Shown: positions 55,701-64,000 of the stretch, piece after piece
How the letters are laid out: every line of letters starts with the position of its first letter
How positions within the stretch are numbered: the first letter of the stretch is position 1
Source of the DNA: Octopus sinensis
Lineage: Eukaryota
Direction of reading: 5' to 3'
Assembly (NCBI RefSeq): GCF_006345805.1
Contig: NC_043006.1
Coordinates: 59,706,001 to 59,770,000, forward strand
Length of the DNA stretch: 64,000 bases
Program-made: the position numbers and the translations under genes
Notes under the pieces: model-generated
Databases searched by the model: none
Told to the model about the DNA's origin: nothing
The model's input: only the letters and a program-made list of their open reading frames with translations

Positions 55701-58700
55701 GGATTGGCTAAATAGAAAACTGAAAGAAACCTATCATGTGTGTGTATGTGAGAGAGAAAATGAGAGAGAGAGATGGGGAGAGAGAGACGGGGAGAGAGAC
55801 GGGGAGAGAGAGAGAGACGGGGGAGAGAGAGAGACGGGGAGAGAGAGACGGGGGAGAGAGAGCGGGGGAGAGAGAGAGACGGGGGGAGAGAGAGAGAGCG
55901 GGGAGAGAGCGAGAGACAGGGAGAGAGCGAGAGACGGGGAGAGAGCGAGAGACGGGGAGAGAGCGAGAGACGGGGAGAGAGAGAGACAGGGAAGAGTGAC
56001 GGGGAGAGAGTGACGGGGAGAGAGTGACGGGGAGAGAGTGACGGGGAGAGGGACGGGGAGAGAGTGACGGGGGGAGAGAGTGACGGGGGAGAGAGTGACG
56101 AGCAGAGAGAGAGACGGGGAGAGAGAAGACGGGGCAGAGAGAGAGAGACGGGGCAGAGAGATAGAGGCGGGAGAGAGACGGGGCAGAGAGAGCGACGGGC
56201 AGAGAGACGGGGCAGAGAGAGAGACGGGGCAGAGAGAGAGACGGGGCAGAGAGAGAGACGGGGCAGATAGAGAGACGGGGAGAGAGAGGGGAGAGAGAGA
56301 CGGGGAGAGAGAGATACGGGGAGAGAGACGGAGAGAGAGACGAGCGAGAGGGAGAGAGAGAGAGACGGGGAGAGAGAGAGACGGGGAGAGAGAGAGACGG
56401 GGGAGAGAGAGAGACGGGGGAGAGCGAGAGACGGGGGAGAGAGAGAGACGGGGGAGAGAGAGACAGGGAGAGAGTGGGAGTGTAGGTATGTCTATGTTTG
56501 ACTTGATATTGTGTCACAGTTGTAAATGACTGTCACAGCCATACAAGCAGTGTCATTCATATACAATATTCTGCATTTACAATATAATACTGCAACACCA
56601 GTCATTGGGTACGACACCTCCCTGTACAACTTGGCTGACTATATGGGTGACAAGGCCTTATCTTACTCTGCCAGCTATTTTAAGCATTTCAGTAGGGATT
56701 CCTAATGTACTAGGTGCTCTCCTGTTTTTATAGTATTAATTGCTTTATCTATCATACTGCTGTCAACTCTCCATGTGTCTAACACACGTGGACATGCCTA
56801 CAAAGTCAGAAAACAACACAGCTCCCATGACTTTCGGAAACATTTTTTCACGCTCAGAGTTGCTGAAGCATGGAATAAACTGCCTGCGTCAGTTGTTGAC
56901 TGCCATGACACTGCATCCTTTAAGGCCCTCATGCTTTCCGAAATCCGCCGAAACTACACCTGATTATATATACACTTTAGATGAGTTGTAGTGCACCTGA
57001 GCACTGTACACAATTATTATTATTATTATAACTGGTTTCTCAGTTATGTCTACAAAGGGAAGATTTTTTTTTTCCTGGGCATTCTCCAATGTTTAGTAGC
57101 ATTTCATAGTAGCACAATTTCTGGAAATGCTGCTGGAAGAAAGTTGATGCAAATATTTGCCACAAACTCAATGAACAACATACTTCAAGCTTTGGAGTTG
57201 TCAATTCTCTGGGTTAGTTTCCTTCATCAATGCCTTGGAGTCTAACCTACCCCGGCAGGCTAACTGTGCAATCAGACATCAAAGCAGAAATTTCTAAGTC
57301 CTTGATAACACATACAAACACACACACTCACACAAACACACCAAATAACTGAACAGCTGTTATAATAATAATACTGAAATTATTGTATATATAGGTGCAA
57401 GAGTGGCTGTGTGGTAAGTAGCCTGTTTACCAACCACATGGTTCTGGGTTCAGTCCCACTGCGTGGCACCTTGGGCAAGTGTCTTCTACTATAGCTTCAG
57501 GCCGACCAAAGCCTTGTGAGTGGATTTGGTGGATGGAAACTGAAAGAAGCCTGTCGTATATATGTATATATATATATATATGCGTGTGTGTGTGTTTGTG
57601 TGTCTGTGTTTGTCCCCCTAGCATTGCTTGACAACCGATGCTGGTGTGCTTATGTCCTCGTTACTTAGCGGTTCGGCAAAAGAGACTGATAGAATAAGTA
57701 CTGGGCTTACAAAAGAATAAGTCCCGGGGTCGAGTTGCTCGAGTAAAAGCGGTGCTCCAGCATGGCCGCAGTTAAATGACTGAAACAAGTAAAAGAGTAA
57801 AAAGAGTAAGGAGTGCTCAGGTGCTTGATTCTTCTGAGTTCATCTGTTGAAATATACACTGAATGTGTGTGAACAAATATGAGAACATACCTCAGCATAA
57901 ACTCGACATTCGAAGCTCCAGCCATTGATAGGGACATCAGACTGAGTGTATGATAATTTATGTCCTAAATAAGAAAACAAAAAACAAAAAAAATTGTTCT
58001 CAAAGCACAAAAATGAACAAATCAAACACAAACCACACACTTATTTAAACCTTTTGTAAGCATATTTCTTTCAAAATACTATAATAATAATAATGAAATT
58101 ATTGTATACAGTGCTCAGGTGCACCACAACTTGTCAGAAAGTGCATATAAAGTACATGCAGTAATGTAGAAATGTCTGGAAAGCGAGCAATGTATGAGTC
58201 AGATACATGCTTGTGTGTGTATGGAGGGGAGAAAATCAAGTGTAGTGTTGGCGAATCTCAGGAAGCATGGAAGTTTTGAAGGATGCAGTGCTCCGACAAC
58301 TAACAACTGATGCCGGCAGTTTGTTCCATGCTTCAGCAACTCTCAGCGTGAAAAAATGTTTCCTGAAGTCATCTGTCTTTGTTTCAATTAATTTTGAAAA
58401 TAATGAAGAATTTAGTAAAATGACCATGACTGGTGTTTAGAATATGAATTAACATGAAATTTTGATGGGAAGTTCAAATTTAGCTCACTTTAAAACAGAA
58501 ATTTTGTATAAAGCGAGGGGCATTTTCAGACTGTTTGGTATCAAAAAGGGTTAAATAGCACTGTTAATTATATCACAGTTAAGCGCCAATGTCTCAAGTA
58601 GACTAGAATGTTGATAATTAAGTGTTTTGATCATGGATACATGATACTGTCAGTAATATGACATGAACATTGATTCTTTGAGTGGTTACCCCCACCCCCA

Positions 58701-61700
58701 GCATAGACTAGTTATTAGTGACTTTAGATTTGAGGCCAGAAGGATGCCAAAAAGCTGACCAATTTGGAAAACACTTAATTATCAACATTCTAGTCTACTT
58801 GAGACATTGGCGCTTAACTGTGTGATATAGTTAACAGTGTTGTGTCCATGACAGTTCTCAATACTTACAATCCACCTAAAACAATGAGCTGGCAGAATTG
58901 TTAGCACACCAGGCAAAATGCTTAGTGGTATTTTGTTCGTCTTTACATTCTGTGTTCAAATTCCACCAAGGTCAGCTTAGCTTTTCATCCTTTCAGGATC
59001 AATAAAATAAGTACCAGTTGAGCACTGGGGTCAATGTAATTGACTTACTTCCTCCCCAGAACTTGCTGGCCTTGTACCAAAATTTGAAATCAATGTTACA
59101 GGCCACCTAACTGTCAGTAGGTACAATTTGATATAGTTCACCTTACTATGACTAAAGCAAAGACACTTAGCTCTCAATATCACAATCCACCTAGCTGTCT
59201 GCAACCAAGATAGTTGATCTCTTTGGTGCCTATCTGGGAGTAGATATCAAACAGTTATGCACTTCGCAATTGTAAGCAGTGACAGCTATGTAGAACTGGT
59301 GAATGTTGACTTGCAGTGCTAAGTTCAATTCTTCCAGTGGGAAAAAGTTGCTTATGGTAGAGCATCAACTTACCCAGTTTATAGATTTGTCTCATTTACT
59401 TAACGTTTTTGAAACCAGAGATCAGCAAGAGGTCAAAAATGGAGTATTCAGGTTCAGGAGAGAATCTAAGATCAAATATCAAATAATTCTTACTTCTAAA
59501 TATATAGAGTAAAGAACATGAAAAGTATACAGTGTTTCTTACCTTTAGCTACCCGGATCATTTGGTGGACAATGTCTATACCAGTAATACATTCAGTGAT
59601 TGGATGCTCCACCTGCAATCTAGTATTCATCTCCAAAAAGTAGAAATTTCTTTGAGAATCAACCAAAAATTCCACTGTACCTGAAACCATATTAAAAATA
59701 CAATACTACAGCACCAATGAAGAAACTCTACATTATTGCTTTATCTAATAAAAAATAGTAGCCAAATATCCCTCAAATCACACAAGACATTGAATGTTGT
59801 ACTCAAAAATACATTCATCATCATCATCTTTTAACATCCATCTTCCATGCTGGCATAGACTGGACAACTTGACAGGATCCAACAGGTCAGAGGACTGCAT
59901 TGTGTCCTGCTGTCTGCTTTTGCATCATTTCTACAGCTTGATGCCCTTCCTAAAGTCAGCCACTTTTACAGAGTATACTAGATGCATTTTTTTTTGTGGC
60001 ACTAGCATTAATGCCTTCAAGGAGAAAGACAAGATGGTCAAGGCTGGAATGTCTCTGAACACAGGTCTGCTCAATAAGGGCTAACTTGGGGCTTTGCAGT
60101 AAATAAATAGTATTATGTTTATAACACTTTATCACAGCAAATATACGACTCTGAAAGATGGTTAATACTGAAGCAATTGTATTCTAACTGAAGTGGGAAC
60201 AGAACATATTGTCAACCAGGCAAAAGGAGTCAACTAGGGAGTTTCTCCAAGGGTTCTCAACCTTTTTTTTTTTATCTATAGAACCCTTTGATCACTATTT
60301 TATTCTGGTGGACCCTAAAAGCCATTTGATGTTCAAAAACTAGTTTTATAGAAACTACTTTCCAAATTCCTTTTTTTTTTTTTCATACATTAACTTGCAT
60401 AGGTCGAACTATGTAAAATGTTAGAGAAAAAGCCTAACCTTTCCTTGCAATACATACTAACACATCTAAAGCAAAATTTTTTCAGGGATCCTTAAAATAC
60501 TATTGTGGATCCCCAATTTACTATTTTGTTACATGAATCCCCGCAAAATCTTATATGGACCCCAGCTGAGAACCACTGCTCTAATACAGTCAGTTGACCC
60601 TTAGAAATACCAGCTAAATCTTCAGATCACACTACACTGTCATCAAAAAAAAAAAAAAAAAATGGACAAAAAAATGGACAAATGGCGGTGCCCCAGCATG
60701 GCCACAGCTCATGAGCTAAAACTAGAATCAATCAATCAATCATATCTGATCATATAGTCTTAGGCATTCAATATCTAGATCAAAGATGAAGTGGTCTCAG
60801 AACAGCTTTAACAAAGAGGTCTGTTCAATTACAAATGTTCTGGGGCTGAACTATAATGGAAACAAACAGAATTACTTATTCTGTCAATGAATGGCAGAAT
60901 ACCTGAGAGGTTGATGATCTGATAAGGTGCTAGAATCATCATTATCATCATCATCACTATCATTTTATATCCAGTTTTCCATGCTTGAATGAGTGAAATG
61001 GAATTCAACTCATGGTGAATTGAGTTGATAATGGTGGTGGTGGTAAAGATGGTGATGGTGATGATGATACATGACCAAATGGTTACACATTTCTAAAAGA
61101 AGGAGAGGTGAGTGAATGAACCGAAGTATATGACTGGTATTATTTTATCTATGGTAGAGAAAAAAAAAAAAAAAGAGACAAAATTTATGTCATCTCTGGT
61201 TCTGCGCTGAGTCAATAACCAGTATTCACTGGCTCTGTTTAACAGCTAGAAATAAATATATTATCTAAGCAACAACAACAACACAACATAATTATCGAAG
61301 TTTCATAAGAATGCAGTGCTATGGTTATGTTGTTCAACAAGCCTGAGCCCAGACTTGGTCACATCGTTGCTCTGTTTCAACCTAGATCTCACAACTGTTC
61401 TCATGGAGAAGGGGAGATAATAGTCACAGTTTTACGCAACAGCAGGTATTTTGATAATACCATATGGTGTGAAAAACTGTTCTGCATAGTTACGGGCTGC
61501 CCTTTGGCCAGGCATAGCACCTATTCAGCTACCCTACCAGGGATATGGTGAAGTCATGGAACTGCAGCATGGTAGATTGTGAAGAAACAGAAGAGCTCAA
61601 CCGAGAGCTTTTTACATTGATGCTGAGCAAAGGAATCCCAAAAGATCAGAGGTCAGGATCATCAAGCTCTAATACCCTTTTGTTACCCTATTTCTATTGA

Positions 61701-63806
61701 GATGCTCTGTGTTTCTTTCAATTATTTTAAATATAACAAAGAATTTAGTAAAATAACTTAGTTATAGGCGCAGGAGTGGCTGTGTGGTAAGTAGCTTGTT
61801 TACCAACCACATGGTTCCGGGTTCAGTCCGACTGCGTGGCATCTTGGGCAAGTGTCTTCTACTATAGCCTCGGGCCGACCAAAGCCTTGTGAGTGGATTT
61901 GGTAGATGGAAACTGAAAGAAGCCCGTCGTATATATGTATGTGTATGTGTGTTTGTGTGTGTGTTTTGTCCCCCTAGCATTGCTTGACAACTGATGCTGG
62001 TGTGTTTATGTCCCCGTCACTTAGCGGTTCGGCAAAAGAGACCGATAGAATAAGTACTGGGCTTACAAAGAATAAGTCCCGGGGTCGAGTTGCTCGATTA
62101 AAGGCGGTGCTCCAGCATGGCCGCAGTCAAATGACTGAAACAAGTAAAGGAGTAAAGGAGAAAGGAGTATCATTCAGCTAGTATTAGGAACATAAATTGT
62201 GACTAAGGTTTGGTGGAAGATTTTAATTCAAAACTTATGAAAACAAGACATTTGTACTCAGAGCCAGAGACGGTTTCAGCCGGGTTGATAATGAAAGGGT
62301 TAAGGGAGTAATTGCAATGCATTCATATTGGAGACATCCATGGTTGTGTAATCAGCTAATGAAAGATCTACTGACTCAAGCTCTCAATTCAAATTCAAAA
62401 TAGCAACAGTTGGATAGCAACAGAGAGTCATGGGAATTTGTGAGAGGCCTTGAAAAAGAAACTACTCAATAGTTGGATATATTTATAATTAAAGAGAGAG
62501 AGAGATGGACAGAGACAGAAAGAAAGAACGAGACAACCATAGAAAAACAGTAGGAGAGATAAATAGAAAGACAGTCATACTGAGGGATAGAAAAAAATAC
62601 TGATAGAGATATCAATTAGCAATCAGAGATGGGGTGGAGAGAGAGAGAGAGAGAAAGAGGAGATTAATATAAAATTATACTTAGGTATAGAGATAGGGAT
62701 GTTTATAAAGCAAGAAAAGGAGGTTGGGAGATTAACAGATAAGCAATCACAAATAAGTAAAGAAATGAAGATATTAATGGACAGGGTATTTTTGGAAGAT
62801 AGATAGATATCGGTCACTTTTTTTCTCTGTTTTTCCCTGAAAGCATGGATTAGCCATACATATTATTAAAAGCTTTGTTTAATTGCCAGATGCTTTATAT
62901 GTCATGAATCTTTACTAGTTTTTATCAGAACCAATCCATTATTTTCTAATTGAGGGAATGATAATAAAGTCCTCACTTTTAGCTCAGCAACTTTCAGAAA
63001 AGCACAAATGTAAACACACAGATACGCAAGCATACACACACACGTCTAGTTTCCTTCAACCAAATTCAATTGCAAGGCATTAGTTGGCCCAGGGGTATAG
63101 GAGGAGACATTTGCCCAAGGTGCCATGCAGTGGAATTGAATCCACAACCACATGGTTGTGCAGCAAACTTCTTAACCATACAGCCATGCCAGCACCTATA
63201 TAATACACACACACACACATCCCAGAACATTTAATTGATTGCACAGTTTAACACCACTTCTTGATTCTGGATGTTAATACAATTCATTGACTGATAAAGC
63301 ATTCAAATCATGTCCTCAGACCAAATCTTGATGCTTGTTACCACAATAACTCACGAATCAGTGTTTCTTCTTCCCTTTTCTCCTAACATGTCTTGGAAAT
63401 CCTATAAAAAAAATAAGTGGTCCTTCCTAATTTGACTAAAGCATAAAAAAAAAAAAGTAAAACAAAAGCTGGAATTGAAATGAATTACCTGCTGAAGAAT
63501 AATTTACAGCTTTGGCTAATCTCACTGCTTGCTCTCCCATAGCTTTACGTACAGCTGGATCAATAAAAGTACTGGCCAGAAACAAAAGAAAGAGTTTAAG
63601 ATCAGCAGACGTTGGTAAAGAGAGAAGTGTTGCTGGGGTAGGACTACAAGTAAACTAGCAAAAGCAATAGATACGTAGAGGGGAGGGAAGCAATATAGTG
63701 TTTAGACATACCTGGGTGCTTCTTCTATCACCTTCTGGTTCCTTCTCTGGATTGAACATTCTCGTTCATTTAAATAGACTGCATTTCCATGTTGGTCACA
63801 GAGTAC
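20299..63806 (-). CDS. PCCA: Propionyl-CoA carboxylase alpha chain, 3' portion (15 coding exons, 5' end outside window)
   Basis: 15 exons with GT-AG boundaries and consistent phases splice to 1368 nt without internal stops. Biotin carboxylase motifs [44 protein letters not shown] and YYDPMICKL, then a biotinyl domain EAMKMQN, ending ILVELE*. The RRNQK motif and C-terminal organisation fit PCCA rather than MCCC1, PC or ACC. Confidence 0.96.
20457..20572. repeat. Near-perfect ~56-bp-arm hairpin
   Basis: 20457-20513 pairs with 20517-20572, 3-nt loop. Confidence 0.9.
20842..21913 (+). mobile_element. Internally deleted piggyBac element with transposase N-terminal remnant
   Basis: TTAA on both sides, CCCTTTCGTTAC...GTAACAAAAGGG termini; ORF 21213-21548 has an acidic N-terminus and FSEETGP...YFYLL...TNRYA...[10 protein letters not shown], continuing after a frameshift as IFMGIRKLP. 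Confidence 0.88.
22555..22946 (+). mobile_element. Helitron-like element, different body, shared 3' end
   Basis: Ends GCAACGCTAGGCGATACTGCTAG|T; 5' limit approximate. Confidence 0.6.
23143..23240 (-). ncRNA. Hammerhead ribozyme motif with extended stem II, partly degenerate
   Basis: Minus strand: gttttc-CTGATGA-ttc-attgcagtta...taactgcaat-act-GAAA-cgtatg-TA|gaaac. 10-bp stem II helix but three mismatches at its base. Confidence 0.65.
23377..24055. repeat. Compound (CATA)n/(CA)n microsatellite
   Basis: Directly visible; source of the spurious HT/YV ORFs. Confidence 0.95.
24075..24200 (-). mobile_element. Non-LTR reverse transcriptase fragment, R4/Dong-like
   Basis: [16 protein letters not shown]...FSDD; a related fragment [11 protein letters not shown]...FSAEIGMEF lies near 26790-26900 (+). 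Confidence 0.6.
25510..26126 (-). mobile_element. Tc1/mariner-superfamily remnant
   Basis: TA-CAGGGTGTTCCGAAATTAA terminus and FTDEKKFD motif; related deleted copy near 29535-29775. Confidence 0.65.
26169..26545. repeat. AT microsatellite with ~30-bp higher-order unit
   Basis: Repeats of aatatatacatacatatatatatatataca. Confidence 0.95.
29921..29967 (-). ncRNA. Minimal hammerhead motif with G8->A core change
   Basis: Minus strand: aaaactgt-CTGACAA-acg(ggaa)cgt-GAAA-ctctgag-TA|acagctttt, between two (TA)n tracts. Confidence 0.65.
30030..30701. mobile_element. Two tail-to-tail copies of a (GAT)n-tailed SINE-like family with Meta-like domain
   Basis: GGCGTTAGGAAGGGCATCC domain; plus copy to 30525, minus copy 30541-30701. 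Other copies near 18984-19380, 40800-40945, 44050-44400, 46370-46650 and 50095-50385. Confidence 0.75.
31244..31384. mobile_element. Tc1/mariner-type MITE
   Basis: TIR core AGGTTGTCCCAAAAGTTCGTA, TA on both sides. Confidence 0.85.
31485..31562 (-). CDS. PCCA: PCCA exon (78 nt) [26 protein letters not shown], carries the biotinylated Lys
   Basis: Acceptor ttccag|GTA, donor ACG|gtaagt; EAMKM biotin-attachment motif. Confidence 0.97.
31644..32154 (-). mobile_element. Helitron-like element
   Basis: Minus strand starts TCTCTATATAAA and ends with hairpin cccgggcaatgccggg then CTGCTAA. Confidence 0.65.
32460..32681 (+). mobile_element. piggyBac-type MITE (~220 bp)
   Basis: TTAA TSD, ends GTAACGAAAGGG; an older copy lies at 32188-32409. 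Confidence 0.85.
33171..34085 (+). mobile_element. Deleted mariner element
   Basis: [22 protein letters not shown]...[20 protein letters not shown] region; degenerate TIRs gtatcaaaaagt / acttttgatgac. Confidence 0.8.
33805..34037 (+). repeat. GC-rich 26-bp minisatellite, about 9 units
   Basis: Unit GTGTCGCCGGCACGGCTGCCTCTCTC in tandem. Confidence 0.9.
34204..34344 (-). CDS. PCCA: PCCA exon (141 nt) [47 protein letters not shown]
   Basis: Acceptor tgacag|TTT, donor GTG|gtatgt; APMPG start of the biotinyl domain. Confidence 0.95.
37273..37794. mobile_element. Tc2/pogo-like non-autonomous element
   Basis: TA TSD; TIRs CCGTAAATCCTCGAGTATAGTCCGC / GCGGATTATACTCAAGGATTTACAG. Confidence 0.8.
38080..39370 (+). 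mobile_element. Decayed Gypsy-type LTR retrotransposon pol (protease-RT)
   Basis: [37 protein letters not shown]...[17 protein letters not shown]; many stops. Confidence 0.75.
38489..38709 (+). mobile_element. piggyBac-type MITE inserted in the Gypsy remnant
   Basis: TTAA|CCCTTTC...GAAAGGG|TTAA. Confidence 0.9.
39549..39776 (-). mobile_element. Full-length Nin/Deu-like SINE
   Basis: 11-bp TSD TGGATATTTGT at 39538-39548 and 39777-39787. Confidence 0.88.
41711..41764 (-). CDS. PCCA: PCCA exon (54 nt) [18 protein letters not shown]
   Basis: Acceptor ttccag|TTG, donor GTG|gtaagt. Confidence 0.92.
42096..42531. mobile_element. Fold-back element with ~150-bp inverted arms, TA-flanked, probably Penelope-like derived
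   Basis: Arms 42096-42245 and 42377-42531 are near-perfect reverse complements; the spacer holds most of the hammerhead. Confidence 0.6.
42307..42392 (+). ncRNA. Hammerhead ribozyme motif with long stem II, inside a fold-back element
   Basis: gtgg-CTGAAGA-t-tgctcc...ggagca-c-GAAA-caattg-TA|ctac. Palindromic ACAATTGT stem III; U.C mismatch at the base of stem II. Confidence 0.7.
42540..43965 (+). mobile_element. RTE-clade LINE reverse transcriptase remnant
   Basis: [51 protein letters not shown]; frameshifts and stops. Confidence 0.9.
45075..45587 (+). mobile_element. Non-autonomous Helitron-like element, second copy
   Basis: Same sequence as 12352-12861; ends 31 nt from a PCCA exon boundary. 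Confidence 0.85.
45619..45717 (-). CDS. PCCA: PCCA exon (99 nt) [33 protein letters not shown]
   Basis: Acceptor ttgtag|GTG, donor CAG|gtaaaa; follows a 91-nt intron. Confidence 0.9.
45809..45911 (-). CDS. PCCA: PCCA exon (103 nt) [34 protein letters not shown]
   Basis: Acceptor ttgtag|T, donor CAA|gtaagt; phase 2 to 0 bridges the neighbouring exons exactly. Confidence 0.87.
46736..46838 (-). CDS. PCCA: PCCA exon (103 nt) [33 protein letters not shown](V)
   Basis: Acceptor ttacag|GC, donor GT|gtaagt; phase 1 to 2, open frame. Confidence 0.9.
47255..47660 (+). repeat. Degenerate tandem array of ~65-70-bp units
   Basis: Recurring ACTTACAGCTA.GTAGACTG...AAGTGTCTTGG.CATGGACACA, about 6 units. 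Confidence 0.65.
47761..47871 (-). CDS. PCCA: PCCA exon (111 nt) [36 protein letters not shown](G)
   Basis: Acceptor tttcag|GT, donor G|gtaagg. Confidence 0.95.
50890..51790 (-). mobile_element. LINE RT and C-terminal remnant, RTE-like
   Basis: [16 protein letters not shown]...VNPSKTK; [12 protein letters not shown]. Confidence 0.75.
51954..52029 (-). CDS. PCCA: PCCA exon (76 nt) [25 protein letters not shown](G)
   Basis: Acceptor ttcaag|CTT, donor G|gtacgt. Confidence 0.94.
53497..53565 (-). CDS. PCCA: PCCA exon (69 nt) [23 protein letters not shown]
   Basis: Acceptor ttcag|GTA, donor AAG|gtgagg. Confidence 0.96.
54503..54577 (-). CDS. PCCA: PCCA exon (75 nt) [25 protein letters not shown]
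   Basis: Acceptor ttaag|GAC, donor CAA|gtaagt. Confidence 0.94.
55750..56475. repeat. Purine-rich (GAGAGAGACGGG)n compound repeat
   Basis: About 720 bp of almost only G/A on the plus strand. Confidence 0.95.
56775..57030 (+). mobile_element. CR1-like LINE 3' end
   Basis: TRGHAYK...[17 protein letters not shown] then stop, 3' UTR and (TTA)n tail. Confidence 0.85.
57891..57964 (-). CDS. PCCA: PCCA exon (74 nt) [24 protein letters not shown]
   Basis: Acceptor ttag|GA, donor GAG|gtatgt; phase 1 to 0. Confidence 0.95.
58080..58372 (-). mobile_element. CR1-like LINE 3' end, opposite orientation
   Basis: [23 protein letters not shown], same 3' UTR motif GTGCACCTGAGCACTGTA and (TTA)n tail. Confidence 0.85.
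58559..58839. repeat. ~70-bp inverted repeat with ~140-bp spacer
   Basis: 58559-58628 pairs with 58768-58839; the core of about 55 bp is perfect. Confidence 0.9.
59543..59680 (-). CDS. PCCA: PCCA exon (138 nt) [45 protein letters not shown](G)
   Basis: Acceptor ttcag|GT, donor G|gtaaga; within ORF 59496..59690. Confidence 0.97.
60248..60578. mobile_element. hAT-like MITE
   Basis: Termini CAAGGGTTCTCAAC / GCTGAGAACCACTG; no clear TSD. Confidence 0.5.
61767..62160 (+). mobile_element. Full-length CORE-type SINE inserted in a piggyBac MITE (61675-62299)
   Basis: Same family as the copies near 19535, 35861, 49417 (-), 54645, 57393 and 63837; the MITE sequence resumes after it. Confidence 0.85.
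63489..63571 (-). CDS. PCCA: PCCA exon (83 nt) [27 protein letters not shown](G)
   Basis: Acceptor ccag|T, donor G|gtaatt; phase 2 to 1; follows a 140-nt intron. Confidence 0.95.
63712..63806 (-). CDS. PCCA: PCCA exon (95 nt) [31 protein letters not shown](S)
   Basis: Acceptor gtag|GTA, donor AG|gtatgt; phase 0 to 2. Confidence 0.95.
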
Positions 63807-64000
63807 CTACAGTAGAAAGGTGGGTAAGAAATTAGGATGTAGGAGTGGCTGTGTGGTAAGTAGCTTGCTTACCAACCACATGGTTCCGAGTTCAGTCCCA
63901 CTGCGTGGCACCTTGGGCAAGTGTCTTCTACTATAGACTCAAGCCGACCAAAGCCTTGTGAGTGGATTTGGAAGACGGAAACTGAAAGAAGCCTGTTGTA

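Noticed and set aside
55699-56529. Arg/Glu- and Ser/Leu/Pro-rich ORFs
   Set aside because: Translations of the GA-rich repeat.
61767-61840. tRNA-like sequence with A/B boxes (also in other SINE heads)
   Set aside because: Runs directly into SINE body, is multi-copy, and gives no complete cloverleaf.

Overview
AT-rich, repeat-dense eukaryotic DNA. The SINE families and microsatellites look like an octopod cephalopod (Octopus-like); this is inferred from recognising the repeats, not from a search. The only host gene I can support is propionyl-CoA carboxylase alpha (PCCA) on the minus strand: 15 GT-AG coding exons from 63806 to the stop at 20299, 1368 nt, 455 aa plus stop, with the 5' exons beyond the right edge. 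Everything else is mobile DNA and simple repeats: tRNA-derived SINEs with CORE-, V-, Nin/Deu- and Meta-like domains; RTE, CR1, R4-like, HERO-like and Gypsy remnants; and mariner, piggyBac, Helitron, hAT-like and GG-ended TIR elements. The main signal outside the ORF track is a set of minimal type-I hammerhead ribozyme motifs (11285-11332, 23143-23240, 29921-29967, 42307-42392) with palindromic stem III and GUA cleavage triplets. They sit in AT-rich inserts next to (TA)n tracts, one inside a 436-bp fold-back element, consistent with Penelope-like or retrozyme-type RNA elements. Also notable: repeated insertion of one SINE family at a GGTA target (including into itself), a pack-like TIR element, a 67-bp flanking duplication, and several long intronic hairpins in PCCA.
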